This document shows positions 51,708-60,269 of a DNA stretch of 64,000 nucleotides, piece after piece. Numbering within the stretch: the first letter of the stretch is position 1; every line of letters starts with the position of its first letter. This DNA comes from Paracoccaceae bacterium (GTDB taxonomy: Bacteria > Pseudomonadota > Alphaproteobacteria > Rhodobacterales > Rhodobacteraceae), in assembly GCA_015487165.1 (NCBI GenBank), contig WFQE01000227.1, forward strand, positions 17,966-81,965. The letters are read 5' to 3'. A model generated the notes under the pieces. That model was not told the DNA's origin, ran no database searches, and saw nothing but the letters and a program-made list of their open reading frames with translations. The position numbers were made by a program, and so were the translations under genes.

Positions 51708-52192
51708 AGCGCATCGGGGCAAGCAGACAGATTGCGGAGCGCATCTGGTATCACGGCGGCCGCTCGTTCGTATCCGAGATCCGGAACGAGAAAACGGACG
51801 GTGTATGCCTGTGCACATCGGCCTCCGCGAACGTGGCCAGGCGCTATGGAAACGCGGTGACGATGCTGTGCCTGAAGGAAGGGGAGGTGCCGTTGCTGGA
51901 GATGCACTGGCGGGAGTGGATGGACTGCAACGGTGCGCTGCATGGGGACGCATCCGGCTCTGTTGGGCTTTTGATCCGTGGTGATGGAGACTTCGACTGG
52001 CCGGTGGACTGCATGTTCGTGCTGGAACCGGCCGCGTTCGAGATCGTGGGTCACGTCTGGGGCCGCGCGCTGGAGGACGACGGATTGCCCCTGTCGCACG
52101 AGCCCGAACCGGGCGAGCGCGGGTGGGAGCAATATGTGCGCGACATCCTGGAGTGCGCGCCAGAGGAAGCCCTGGCGATGCTTGGGGCTTGA
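51704..52192 (+). CDS. hypothetical protein (162 aa) coupled to the C5-methylase gene
   Basis: ATGA overlap. IWYHGGRSF ... CTSAS ... VLEP pattern noted. No secure domain. Confidence 0.55.
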   Translation: MKRIGASRQIAERIWYHGGRSFVSEIRNEKTDGVCLCTSASANVARRYGNAVTMLCLKEGEVPLLEMHWREWMDCNGALHGDASGSVGLLIRGDGDFDWPVDCMFVLEPAAFEIVGHVWGRALEDDGLPLSHEPEPGERGWEQYVRDILECAPEEALAMLGA

Positions 52193-52218
52193 AAAACATC
52201 CAAGAAAGGAGAACGCAA

Positions 52219-52626
52219 ATGAAGATAATTACGAACCTTGAAATCGGGGCAATGTTGATCGGCGGGATCATTGCCGCAGCCCTTGTCATTCCGAAGTCCA
52301 GCCCGGTGTACATGGAACCGGCTTTGGCCAGCGCGGAGACGCTCATCACCTATCACGATGCGCGCGGCGGCACCTTGAAAGCAGTCAGGACACTGTGCGC
52401 GATGGGTGCCGGAATGGACGGCCAGATCGGCGCAGTCACCAGCGAGGGGGTCCTGTCCGGGGAGCGTTATTTTTCGGACACGGCAAGGGATTTCTACGCT
52501 GCATATCGCCGCATGCGCGCCTCAATGCCGCGTGACGGGTTCGACAGGCTGCCGCCGCTGGAGAAATGGCCGACCGAGGGCGCGGCCTATTGCGCGAGGT
52601 ACCATATCCCATTCGGGAAGGCATAG
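52219..52626 (+). CDS. membrane-anchored/secreted hypothetical protein
   Basis: ATG follows AAAGGAGAA. N-terminal hydrophobic IGAMLIGGIIAAALVI. Confidence 0.55.
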   Translation: MKIITNLEIGAMLIGGIIAAALVIPKSSPVYMEPALASAETLITYHDARGGTLKAVRTLCAMGAGMDGQIGAVTSEGVLSGERYFSDTARDFYAAYRRMRASMPRDGFDRLPPLEKWPTEGAAYCARYHIPFGKA

Positions 52627-52771
52627 TCCGGACACTTCCGGCAGGCGTGTTGTTCATGTCCGTTATTCTAATCTTCGCCAGATGGTGATATAAACCCGCC
52701 CGGCGGCCCCGAGTCGCCGGGCGTTTCAGTGCGCCACGTCACAACTTGAGGAAATTGTGGGGGGAAGAAAC

Positions 52772-52864
52772 ATGCGATATGGATGCCTTGTCACTTATGG
52801 AGTACAAGGGATAAAGATCATCTTGGCTCAGAAACTGGAATCTGCGACGACGCGGTTGCCATGA
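52772..52864 (+). CDS. 30-codon upstream ORF (MRYGCLVTYGVQGIKIILAQKLESATTRLP)
   Basis: ATG follows GGGGGGAAG. Ends in an ATGA overlap with ATG 52861. Confidence 0.3.
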   Translation: MRYGCLVTYGVQGIKIILAQKLESATTRLP

Positions 52865-53460
52865 AAACAGATGTGAGCAGCCGAAACTCAAGGAAGAGTG
52901 GCTCAAGGGCCAGCATAAGCCTCAAGCGTCAGGAGAGCCTGACCGAGAAGGTGGCGCGGCTCAAGCGCCAGCATGCAAATATCCTGGCCGCCATCGAGAC
53001 GGTGAACGACACGCGAACGGCGCCAGACCTGGTAGCGTCGGTCGCGCACTTGGAGCATCTCTGGCGGAGGCACTGCGAGGACGAGAAGCCGCTGATGGAT
53101 TTTGCGTGGCTGGCAGCGCCGTGGGATCCGGGCCTGGAGGCGACGCTGGAGATGTTCAGCAGCGACATCGAGCAGGCGGCCCGGATGATGGAGCGTTTCA
53201 TTTTCAGGTATCGGAAAGGAATCCGGCGGGGCAACTCGGTGACGATGCGCGCCCATTGCCTGGAGATGGAGACGATGATGACGGCCTCGATCTACATCGA
53301 GGAGCGGCACATCTTCCCGTATCTGGAGCATTTCGACAGCAAGAGCCGGTTCGATGTGCTGTCCACGGTCAGGACGAGCATTGCGCGCACGGTCAATGTG
53401 CTGGCCGGCAACAGGGAAACGCGGGAGCAGGACGACGAGGCGCGCCGGGCCGTGGGTTGA
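52861..53460 (+). CDS. hypothetical protein (199 aa; alternative start 52783)
   Basis: Same frame as track ORF 52783..53460. ATG 52861 is coupled to the upstream short ORF. Confidence 0.5.
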   Translation: MKTDVSSRNSRKSGSRASISLKRQESLTEKVARLKRQHANILAAIETVNDTRTAPDLVASVAHLEHLWRRHCEDEKPLMDFAWLAAPWDPGLEATLEMFSSDIEQAARMMERFIFRYRKGIRRGNSVTMRAHCLEMETMMTASIYIEERHIFPYLEHFDSKSRFDVLSTVRTSIARTVNVLAGNRETREQDDEARRAVG

Positions 53461-53524
53461 GCCGAGCCCGGCATTCGATGGTGGGAGAGGAGATGTCCGG
53501 CAAGTTTTTTGCCGGAGGTTGAAG

Positions 53525-53671
53525 GTGAGCGAGAACAGGAACGGGCGTCGCTGGCGCATGATGGCGATGGTTGCAGCCATTGCGGTCCTTGTGGGCGTGG
53601 CGCTGGGTCAGGCGTGGAACCATGCGGCCGCGGGCGTGACGCACAACGCCGTGGCGGGTTCGCGCGGCTGA
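53525..53671 (+). CDS. possible small membrane protein (48 aa)
   Basis: GTG 53525 lies 6 nt after GGAGG. One TM (MMAMVAAIAVLVGVALG). Confidence 0.3.
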   Translation: MSENRNGRRWRMMAMVAAIAVLVGVALGQAWNHAAAGVTHNAVAGSRG

Positions 53672-53779
53672 GAGGCGTGATGGCGCCTGCCCAAGATTTG
53701 GGCACGCCGATGCAGGGGAGATCGGAGCCATTCCGGGCTCCTTTTCAACAGGCGGCTGTGGATAAGCCGAGCCCTTGGC

Positions 53780-53808
53780 TTGCCTTGTATTTTCCGAGGG
53801 TTTAGAAT
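53780..53808 (+). promoter_or_regulatory. TTGCCT-N17-TAGAAT promoter
   Basis: Good hexamers about 140 nt upstream of ATG 53952. Confidence 0.55.
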
Positions 53809-53814
53809 GGGCCA

Positions 53815-53951
53815 ACTTGTGACCGTTTCATGTTAGCGAACGGTGTCTCTGGATGCCCGGTTCCGGGCATGTCAATCCGCCCGGCCATGTCGGCCGGCTT
53901 CATTGAGGACGCCTTGCCATCAAGGCGTATCCAAATCCCAAGGAGAGAATC
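53815..53951 (+). promoter_or_regulatory. structured 5' leader with four consecutive hairpins
   Basis: ACCGTT/AACGGT (53822-53844), ATGCCCGG/CCGGGCAT (53853-53870), CCGGCC/GGCCGG (53881-53897), ACGCCTT/AAGGCGT (53909-53928). Confidence 0.35.
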
Positions 53952-54524
53952 ATGGGATACCGGTCCGAGGTCGGCATCGCGTATGCCGGCAGCAAGGAAG
54001 CCATCGGCCGCCTGAAGGCGGCACTGGACTCCGGCTCGTTCTTCGAGCGGGAGTATGGCGAGCATTTCGAGGAGCTGCTCACGGCGGATGACCGCGAGTG
54101 GCTGGAGATCCTGCGGAATGCCGCCCGTGTGAAGGAAAACGGCGACAAGGCCGTTTTGACGATCTACCTCGACCACACAAAGTGGTACGAGGAAGCCGAC
54201 TCCGTTCGGATTACCCTGGATGAGGAGGCGGAGAGCCTCGGATGTTCAGGCCGCTTCGTCCGCTTGGGCGAGGATGATCAGGATGTGGAGGACAGCAGCT
54301 TCGGCGACTACCCGCCGTATGACGCCATCCGCCATATCAATTGCCTGATCCCGGCCGAAGACGGGTCGAGGATGATGCTCGACCACTTTGCCACCTGGGA
54401 TTTTCCCGGTGGCGACAATCTCACGCCGGAGCAGCGGGTAGAGGTGGCCACCAAGGCCGTCGAGGCCGCGCGGAAGGTCATGGCCGAGGAGATCGAGCGC
54501 CTGACGGCCAAGGATGCGGCCTGA
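53952..54524 (+). CDS. hypothetical acidic protein
   Basis: ATG follows AAGGAGAG. Confidence 0.6.
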   Translation: MGYRSEVGIAYAGSKEAIGRLKAALDSGSFFEREYGEHFEELLTADDREWLEILRNAARVKENGDKAVLTIYLDHTKWYEEADSVRITLDEEAESLGCSGRFVRLGEDDQDVEDSSFGDYPPYDAIRHINCLIPAEDGSRMMLDHFATWDFPGGDNLTPEQRVEVATKAVEAARKVMAEEIERLTAKDAA

Positions 54525-54583
54525 GCAGTTGTTCTGGGCACCCGCCGTTCGCGCGGGTGCATTCCATCCCAAAGGGGGAAAAG

Positions 54584-55114
54584 ATGAGCGATTGCCAAGT
54601 CGCATTCTATTTCGCGGCGGCCAACGACGAAGCCGCCGACCGGGTGGTGGACGCCATTCGTGAAGCGATCCCGGCGAGCCCTGAGGACAACTCCGAGTGG
54701 AGGGTCCGGACTTGCCTGGAGCGTCTGCTGGAACGGATGGAGCGCACCCAGGCCGAAGACGAGGTGCAGTGTCTTTACTACGACGACTGCATCACATGGC
54801 CGGATGATGCCGAGGATGCTCTGCACAAGGCCGTGTCCAAGTTCGACCGGGACGAGAACATCTACGTTCTCGATTTCAGCCGGATCCTCCTGGACAACGA
54901 CGGGACCGGCCCCGGCTTCGGCTTCGGCGAAGACGTTTCGCCGGTGGAGAAGATCCATGAGCTGATCCCGCCGCGCGGAGCACCGAAGCTGTGGCTCGAC
55001 CACCTCACATTGGCTCGTGAGGTGAGCTACGAGATAAGCCTCGGAGAGGCGGCAGAATTCTTCGACGAGATGCGCGAGCGCATCATCGAGGAGGCCCGCC
55101 GCAGGTTTGGCTGA
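54584..55114 (+). CDS. hypothetical acidic protein
   Basis: ATG follows AAAGGGGGAA. Internal to track ORF 54341..55114. Confidence 0.6.
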   Translation: MSDCQVAFYFAAANDEAADRVVDAIREAIPASPEDNSEWRVRTCLERLLERMERTQAEDEVQCLYYDDCITWPDDAEDALHKAVSKFDRDENIYVLDFSRILLDNDGTGPGFGFGEDVSPVEKIHELIPPRGAPKLWLDHLTLAREVSYEISLGEAAEFFDEMRERIIEEARRRFG

Positions 55115-55118
55115 GACT

Positions 55119-55158
55119 CGAAACCCGGAACCATTGTGTTCCGGGTTTTTTTGTGCCT
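55119..55158 (+). terminator. rho-independent terminator, copy 1 of a repeated terminator
   Basis: CGAAACCCGGAACC-ATTGT-GTTCCGGGTTTTTTTGTGCCT. 11-bp stem followed by T7. Confidence 0.85.
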
Positions 55159-55207
55159 GTTGGCAAGGCGCGTCCCATCCCATAGTATTCTTGGAATGGA
55201 AGGAACG

Positions 55208-56116
55208 ATGGAAAGACAGGCGGACATGGCGACCAGGGAGCCGTGTCCTGTGTGCCACGGCTACGGCGTGACGGGCCGCAATTACCTGATGGACGGCTAC
55301 CGGGTGGACGAGTGCGTATGCGGCCACTGGTATCTGAGCAACCGGCCGACCGAGGCGGAGATGTTCGCGCTGTATGCGTCGGACGAGTATTTCGCAGGCT
55401 GCGAGGAGGGCGGCTATTCGTCGTATGCGGCGCAGGAGGATGCGCTGCGCCGGACGTTCCGGCGCCTGCTGTCGGAGATGGACAAGCGTGGCATGAGAGG
55501 TGGCCGCTTGCTGGAGATCGGCTGCGGCTATGGCTATTTCCTGGACGAGGCGCGCAGGTACTTCGACGAGCTGGTAGGCACTGATTTCTCGCGTGATGCG
55601 GTTGAGCAGGCCGGACGGGTGGAGACGGCAACGGTGCATCTTGGCGGGATCGAGCAGGTACGCGAGGAACCGGTTCACGATGTGGCGGTGGCCATCGAGG
55701 TGCTGGAGCATGTCTATCGTCCGGTCTGGTTCCTGTCCGAGCTTCGGAAGCGTTTGAAGCCTGGCGGTTCGGTGGTGATCGTGGTTCCGAATGCGGGCAG
55801 CGTGCTGAGGCGGCTGATGGGCACGTCATGGCCGAGCTGGAAGCTGCCGGAGCATATCAGCCACTTCACTGCGTCCTCGTTGGCGCGAGCCCTGAAGCGT
55901 GCGGGCTTCGTGCGTCCGTCCCGGATTCCGCTGGCTCATGCTTATCCCGCCGGATTGGTGCTGGAGAAGCTGGGCGTGTCGCGGTGCCCGGCGTGGTTGG
56001 CCAGGCGTCCGGTCTGGCTGCCGGGGGTGGTGATGGCCATGGAGGCGACGAAGCCGGTGACGGGCGCCAAGGGCAAGATTTGGGGCCTGGCGGCGACGGC
56101 GACGGTTCATTACTGA
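55208..56116 (+). CDS. class I SAM-dependent methyltransferase with N-terminal Cys4 zinc ribbon
   Basis: CPVCHG...CVCGH, then the SAM-binding LLEIGCGYGYFLDE and LKPGGSVVIVVPN. Alternative ATG at 55196. Confidence 0.75.
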   Translation: MERQADMATREPCPVCHGYGVTGRNYLMDGYRVDECVCGHWYLSNRPTEAEMFALYASDEYFAGCEEGGYSSYAAQEDALRRTFRRLLSEMDKRGMRGGRLLEIGCGYGYFLDEARRYFDELVGTDFSRDAVEQAGRVETATVHLGGIEQVREEPVHDVAVAIEVLEHVYRPVWFLSELRKRLKPGGSVVIVVPNAGSVLRRLMGTSWPSWKLPEHISHFTASSLARALKRAGFVRPSRIPLAHAYPAGLVLEKLGVSRCPAWLARRPVWLPGVVMAMEATKPVTGAKGKIWGLAATATVHY

Positions 56117-56136
56117 TCCCGTTTTCCTCCGGGGGC

Positions 56137-56166
56137 AGGGCGCGCGAAAGCGCGCCCTTCTCTTTG
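56137..56166 (+). terminator. hairpin terminator
   Basis: AGGGCGCGC-GAAA-GCGCGCCCT followed by TCTCTTT. Confidence 0.7.
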
Positions 56167-56231
56167 GGGGCGGCTTGCCTTGCGGCATTGGAACGGGAAG
56201 AATGAGCGCACCAACGGCAAGGGAGACGCAG

Positions 56232-57263
56232 ATGGCGGACAGGCGGATATTCGTGGTGTTCCCGGCGCACAACGAGCAGTGCGCCATCCAGTTCACGGTT
56301 TCGGCGTTCATGGCGGAGGCGGAGCGAATCAACGATGAGCGTGACGACGGATTCCGGATTTCGGGATTCGTGGTGGTGGACGACGGTTCCAGGGACGCGA
56401 CCTGGCAGGTCTTGCGGGACATGGCTACGGCATGGCCGTCCGGCAGGGGCGGATTCGTGTTCGATGCGCTGCGTCTGAGCCGCAACTTCGGCAAGGAGGC
56501 GGCGATCCTGGCCGGAATCGAGCGTGCGCGGAGCCTTGGCGCGGATGCGGTGATCGTGGCGGACGCGGACATGCAGCATCCGCCGGAGGTGATGGCGCGC
56601 CTGATCGAGGAGCATGCGGCAACGGGCGCGGACGTGGTGGAGGGCGTCAAGCGTGACCGGGGCAGGGAGAGCAGGCTATACCGCTGGGCAGCCAATGCCT
56701 TCTATGGACTGATGACGCGCATGGCCGGCTTCGACATGCGCTCGGCCAGCGATTACCGGCTGCTGTCGCGCCGGGCGATGGACGCGCTGCTGGCGATGCC
56801 GGAGCGTGGCGTGTTTTTCCGGGGCATGTCGTCCTGGATCGGCTTTACGCGCAGGCAGGTGAAGTTTGACGTGCGCGAGCGCAATGCGGGTTCGAGCACC
56901 TGGACGCCGTGGCGTCTTCTGGGTCTGGCCGTGCGCGCGATGACGGCCTACTCGTCGGCGCCGTTGCGCCTGGTGACGGCCGCGGGGGGCGTGTTCCTGG
57001 TGTTCGCGGTGCTGATGGCGGCGCAGACGCTGTGGCGCTACTGGGCCGGCCAGGCGGTGACGGGGTTTGCGACGGTGATCCTGCTGATCCTGGTCACGTC
57101 GAGCTTGCTGATGCTCTCGCTTGGCATCATTGGCGAGTATTTGTCGCGCATCTATGACGAGGTGAAGGCGCGTCCCCGGTTCCTGGTCGCCGAGGAACTG
57201 GTGGCCAATGCCGTGGAGGCCTCGGACGCGGTGCACCTGTGCCGGGAGGCCGTGGGGCGTTGA
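56232..57263 (+). CDS. GT2-family polyprenyl-phosphate glycosyltransferase (GtrB/ArnC/DPM1-like)
   Basis: VVVDDGSRD, LSRNFGKEAAILAGI, ADADMQHPP, two C-terminal TM helices and GEYLSRIYDEVKARPRF. ATG 56232 follows AAGGGAG. Confidence 0.85.
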   Translation: MADRRIFVVFPAHNEQCAIQFTVSAFMAEAERINDERDDGFRISGFVVVDDGSRDATWQVLRDMATAWPSGRGGFVFDALRLSRNFGKEAAILAGIERARSLGADAVIVADADMQHPPEVMARLIEEHAATGADVVEGVKRDRGRESRLYRWAANAFYGLMTRMAGFDMRSASDYRLLSRRAMDALLAMPERGVFFRGMSSWIGFTRRQVKFDVRERNAGSSTWTPWRLLGLAVRAMTAYSSAPLRLVTAAGGVFLVFAVLMAAQTLWRYWAGQAVTGFATVILLILVTSSLLMLSLGIIGEYLSRIYDEVKARPRFLVAEELVANAVEASDAVHLCREAVGR

Positions 57264-58648
57264 TGTCGGTTTCCGCGCGCGCGCGGCTGGCGTGGCTGCT
57301 GGTCGCCGTGCTTGGCGTCCAGGTCGGATACGATTTCCTGTTCCTGCCGTACCGGGAGCTTCTGGTATCGGACATGGGCTACTTCTGGGAGCGCGCGCTC
57401 AACCACCTGGCCGGGCGAACGGACGCGCTGGAGCAGTGGGTCGTCTGGCCCGTGTTTCCGCACATCTTCATGGCATGGACGATAAAGCTGGCGGACGCGC
57501 TGGGGCTGTCGGGGCATCGCCTGGAGTTCTACCTGGTCACGGTGGCCATGCTCCATGTCTCTGCGGTCTATGCGGTGTTTCGCGCCGGCCTGGCGCTGCT
57601 GGCGAGCGAGGGCGCGGCGCTGATGGCGGCGCTGCTGTACGGGCTCTTTCCGCCGATGTTGCATCTGAACGGCCATGTATTGAGCGAGGGCTACGCGCAG
57701 CCGGCGCTGGTATGGGCGTTGTGCCTGCTGCTCTGGCGTCCACTGGGGATCCGCCTGGTGCTGCTTGCGGGCGCCCTGTTCGGACTGGCGGCGGCCATGC
57801 GGCCGGCCTATGGCCTGTTCGGCCTGGTTCTGGCCGGCGTGATTGCGGTCCGTGTTTCGGACTGGAAGCTCTGGCTTGGCCGAGCGTTGGCGCTGTTCGT
57901 GGGATTTCTCGGGCCGGTGCTGGCGGAGTCGGCGACGGTTTCGCACCTGTCCGCCGGCCGGATTCACGGACTGGGCGGCAACGGTGCGCTGGTATTCTTC
58001 ATGCACCAGTGCCGGCCGGGCGGCTGGGCCATCGTCAACCCGTTGCTGCTGAAGGGTGAGGATTTCAACGACTGCGCGCTCTATCGGCGCATCCATCCGC
58101 CGCTTGCGCGTTCGATGTGGGTGAAGACGAGCATGGACGAGCTGAAGGCGTGCAACGGCCGCATTTACGGGCAGCCGCCGGCGCTGATGGAGTTTGCCGA
58201 CCGGCCGTTCCTGGTGACGCCCTGGATGCCGTGGAACAAGCGTTTCTTCTTCGAACTGGGACTGTCCTGCATCCAGCACCGGGGCCTGTGGCGGCAGCTA
58301 CGGGAAGACGTATGGCAGACGCGCAAGCTGTTCGTGTATTTCTTCCCTGACCAGGTGTTTGATGACGGGCACGGTGGCATCCGATACGGCACATGGCTGG
58401 GCCTGATCCTGATGTCGAACCTGCTGTTTTTCGCGGCGGGGCTGCTGTTGCCATGGTGGTTCCGGTTGCGGGGCCGCTGGGTGCCGCCGGAGCTGCTGGT
58501 CTGCACGGCGCTGCCGCTGTTGGCCTACCTGACCTCGATGGTGTTCGCGATTGACGGTCGCTACCTGGCGCCGACGGCGGTAACGGCATGCTGGGCCATG
58601 GCCATGCTGCGGGCGCCCGAGCATTCGGCTTCGGAAGTTGGAATCTAG
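57263..58648 (+). CDS. polytopic membrane protein, probable GT-C-type glycosyltransferase (GtrC/ArnT-like role)
   Basis: TGATG junction with the GT2 gene. At least 10 hydrophobic helices. The function is inferred from its coupling to the GtrB-like gene. Confidence 0.55.
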   Translation: MSVSARARLAWLLVAVLGVQVGYDFLFLPYRELLVSDMGYFWERALNHLAGRTDALEQWVVWPVFPHIFMAWTIKLADALGLSGHRLEFYLVTVAMLHVSAVYAVFRAGLALLASEGAALMAALLYGLFPPMLHLNGHVLSEGYAQPALVWALCLLLWRPLGIRLVLLAGALFGLAAAMRPAYGLFGLVLAGVIAVRVSDWKLWLGRALALFVGFLGPVLAESATVSHLSAGRIHGLGGNGALVFFMHQCRPGGWAIVNPLLLKGEDFNDCALYRRIHPPLARSMWVKTSMDELKACNGRIYGQPPALMEFADRPFLVTPWMPWNKRFFFELGLSCIQHRGLWRQLREDVWQTRKLFVYFFPDQVFDDGHGGIRYGTWLGLILMSNLLFFAAGLLLPWWFRLRGRWVPPELLVCTALPLLAYLTSMVFAIDGRYLAPTAVTACWAMAMLRAPEHSASEVGI

Positions 58649-58682
58649 CCTCGGCATACCGGCGCTGTCTCCTGGCGGGGAG

Positions 58683-59027
58683 ATGCAGGATGTCGTGGTC
58701 GCTCACGCGGTCCTGGCCGGAGCTGTTGCGGGTCTGGCGCTGGCCCTCGTGTTCGGGCTGTTTCTGCTGGCTGGCAGGCGTCGCAGGCGACGGGAAGGAG
58801 ACACGGATGAGCGGATGCGCGCGCGGCGGCGTTGGCGCCGGTACCTGGTCGAGGAGGCCAGGCTGGAGGAGCTGGAGCGCATGGAGCGGCGCAAGGCGCG
58901 GCGGGATGCAATTGCATGGCTGGCGGCCACGGGTGCGTTCGCGGGCCGGGCGCACGGCATGGTTACGGACTTGATCGGCAGCATTCGGCTGACGCTGCGC
59001 GAGCGCATGCGCCGGCGCAATGATTGA
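58683..59027 (+). CDS. single-pass membrane protein with Arg-rich cytoplasmic domain
   Basis: ATG 58683 (track start 58638 is TTG). TM segment AVLAGAVAGLALALVFGLFLLAG, then RRRRRR. Confidence 0.5.
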   Translation: MQDVVVAHAVLAGAVAGLALALVFGLFLLAGRRRRRREGDTDERMRARRRWRRYLVEEARLEELERMERRKARRDAIAWLAATGAFAGRAHGMVTDLIGSIRLTLRERMRRRND

Positions 59028-59036
59028 AGTTCTGGT

Positions 59037-59064
59037 TTGATTTTCTTGGGCCTTGGTATAGAAT
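59037..59064 (+). promoter_or_regulatory. TTGATT-N16-TAGAAT promoter
   Basis: Intergenic, about 65 nt upstream of ATG 59131. Confidence 0.5.
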
Positions 59065-59130
59065 GGCGCTATTGATGGAGACACTGCTTGTTAGAGGGGT
59101 GTCTATTTCCCTTGGATCATGGAGGTCCAG

Positions 59131-59334
59131 ATGGGAGAGATCATCGCCGACGGCTACAATGATTATGTGGCCGTCGTTCAGTCGGGCGAGGTGATCTTCT
59201 TCACCGAAGGCGACAAGGCCCGCCCATTCCTGGAGGCCGCCCAGGCCGGAGCCCAGGCGCTCCGCCGCAAGCTGGCGGCTTTTCTTGGCCGGACGGTTCA
59301 CGGTCCGGTGACAATCCGGTTGGCCGCGCCATGA
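59131..59334 (+). CDS. small hypothetical protein (67 aa)
   Basis: ATG 59131 lies 5 nt after GGAGG (an in-frame ATG at 59119 is also possible). Confidence 0.55.
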   Translation: MGEIIADGYNDYVAVVQSGEVIFFTEGDKARPFLEAAQAGAQALRRKLAAFLGRTVHGPVTIRLAAP

Positions 59335-59624
59335 GCGGCGACAAGCCGGACAGCACCGAGAAGCGGACGATAGGGGAGGCGGAGCGCAAGGCGTTCAGCC
59401 GGTTCTTCTATCTGCTCAACAAGACCTTCGCTGGCCAGGCCAGCGATGAGGAGGTCGAGCAGTTCCGCGGCCCGGTGATGGAGGCCTTCGACAAGGCGTA
59501 TCTGAAGGCTTGCGAAGAGTTCGGAAGCGAGCGGGTGCAACGGTTCGCGCATGCGATGGACGCCCATTACGGCCAGGCGTTCAAGAGCAGGCAGGAACCG
59601 GAGCAGGAAGCCGTCAACTTCTGA
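59331..59624 (+). CDS. hypothetical protein (97 aa)
   Basis: ATGA overlap. Confidence 0.55.
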   Translation: MSGDKPDSTEKRTIGEAERKAFSRFFYLLNKTFAGQASDEEVEQFRGPVMEAFDKAYLKACEEFGSERVQRFAHAMDAHYGQAFKSRQEPEQEAVNF

Positions 59625-59680
59625 CTCATTCCTGGACGCTCCCCGTCGCGGGAGCGTAGTTCCATCCGAGGAGACAAGCG

Positions 59681-59968
59681 ATGGATATTGAGCAAAAGGT
59701 AGCGGAGGTCTGCCTTCGCACGGTGCGCCGTTTCTTCGAGTTGAAGCGTCGCATTGTCGAGGCGGCCTCCGAGAAGGAGCGCAAGGCGCTGTTGGCCGAG
59801 CGAGCCCTCATGCTACCGGACGTGGGCCTGGCGACGCTGAAGCTCAAGGTCATTCTGGGCGAGTTCAATGCCCGGTACCTGATCGGCGAGGCGGCGGAGC
59901 AGGCCATGATGGATGCCAGCGTGCCTGTTGGCATTACCTACAACCACGGGTACAGGAGGGTTGCATGA
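59681..59968 (+). CDS. hypothetical protein (95 aa)
   Basis: ATG follows GAGGAGA. Confidence 0.55.
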   Translation: MDIEQKVAEVCLRTVRRFFELKRRIVEAASEKERKALLAERALMLPDVGLATLKLKVILGEFNARYLIGEAAEQAMMDASVPVGITYNHGYRRVA

Positions 59969-60264
59969 CCGAGAAGACAGAGAACGAGAAGGCGTTCGCC
60001 GCTTCTGGCGACGTGGAGCTGGCACAGGCCCGCGAGCCGCTCATGCTCGTGGGTCTGAGCGACGGCGAAACCTGGAGCTGCGTGCCGGGGAGCAAGCTGG
60101 TCATTCTGCCGAAGAAGGCGGACTACCTGCTGCTGGAAGGCGACCTGGACGACATCGTTGACGCTGCCGTTGATGAGGGCGTCGAGGTTCGCGAGGTGCC
60201 GATGGAGGAGCTGGTCGCCGCCTGGCGCAAGCTCCAGTACATCGAGGCCACGGCCAAGGGCTGA
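59965..60264 (+). CDS. hypothetical acidic protein (99 aa)
   Basis: ATGA overlap, AGGAGGG SD. Confidence 0.55.
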   Translation: MTEKTENEKAFAASGDVELAQAREPLMLVGLSDGETWSCVPGSKLVILPKKADYLLLEGDLDDIVDAAVDEGVEVREVPMEELVAAWRKLQYIEATAKG

Positions 60265-60269
60265 AGGCG

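Noticed and set aside
49369-52192. A complete restriction-modification system or a Dcm-Vsr pair
   Set aside because: The only non-methylase gene (51704..52192) shows no PD-(D/E)xK, HNH or GIY-YIG motif, and no Vsr-like motif (FxDGCFWH). It therefore stays annotated as orphan methylases plus an unknown.
50259-52349. 696-aa minus-strand ORF opposite the C5-methylase and downstream genes
   Set aside because: It is a proline/arginine-rich shadow ORF. The + strand carries the complete ordered set of C5-MTase motifs.
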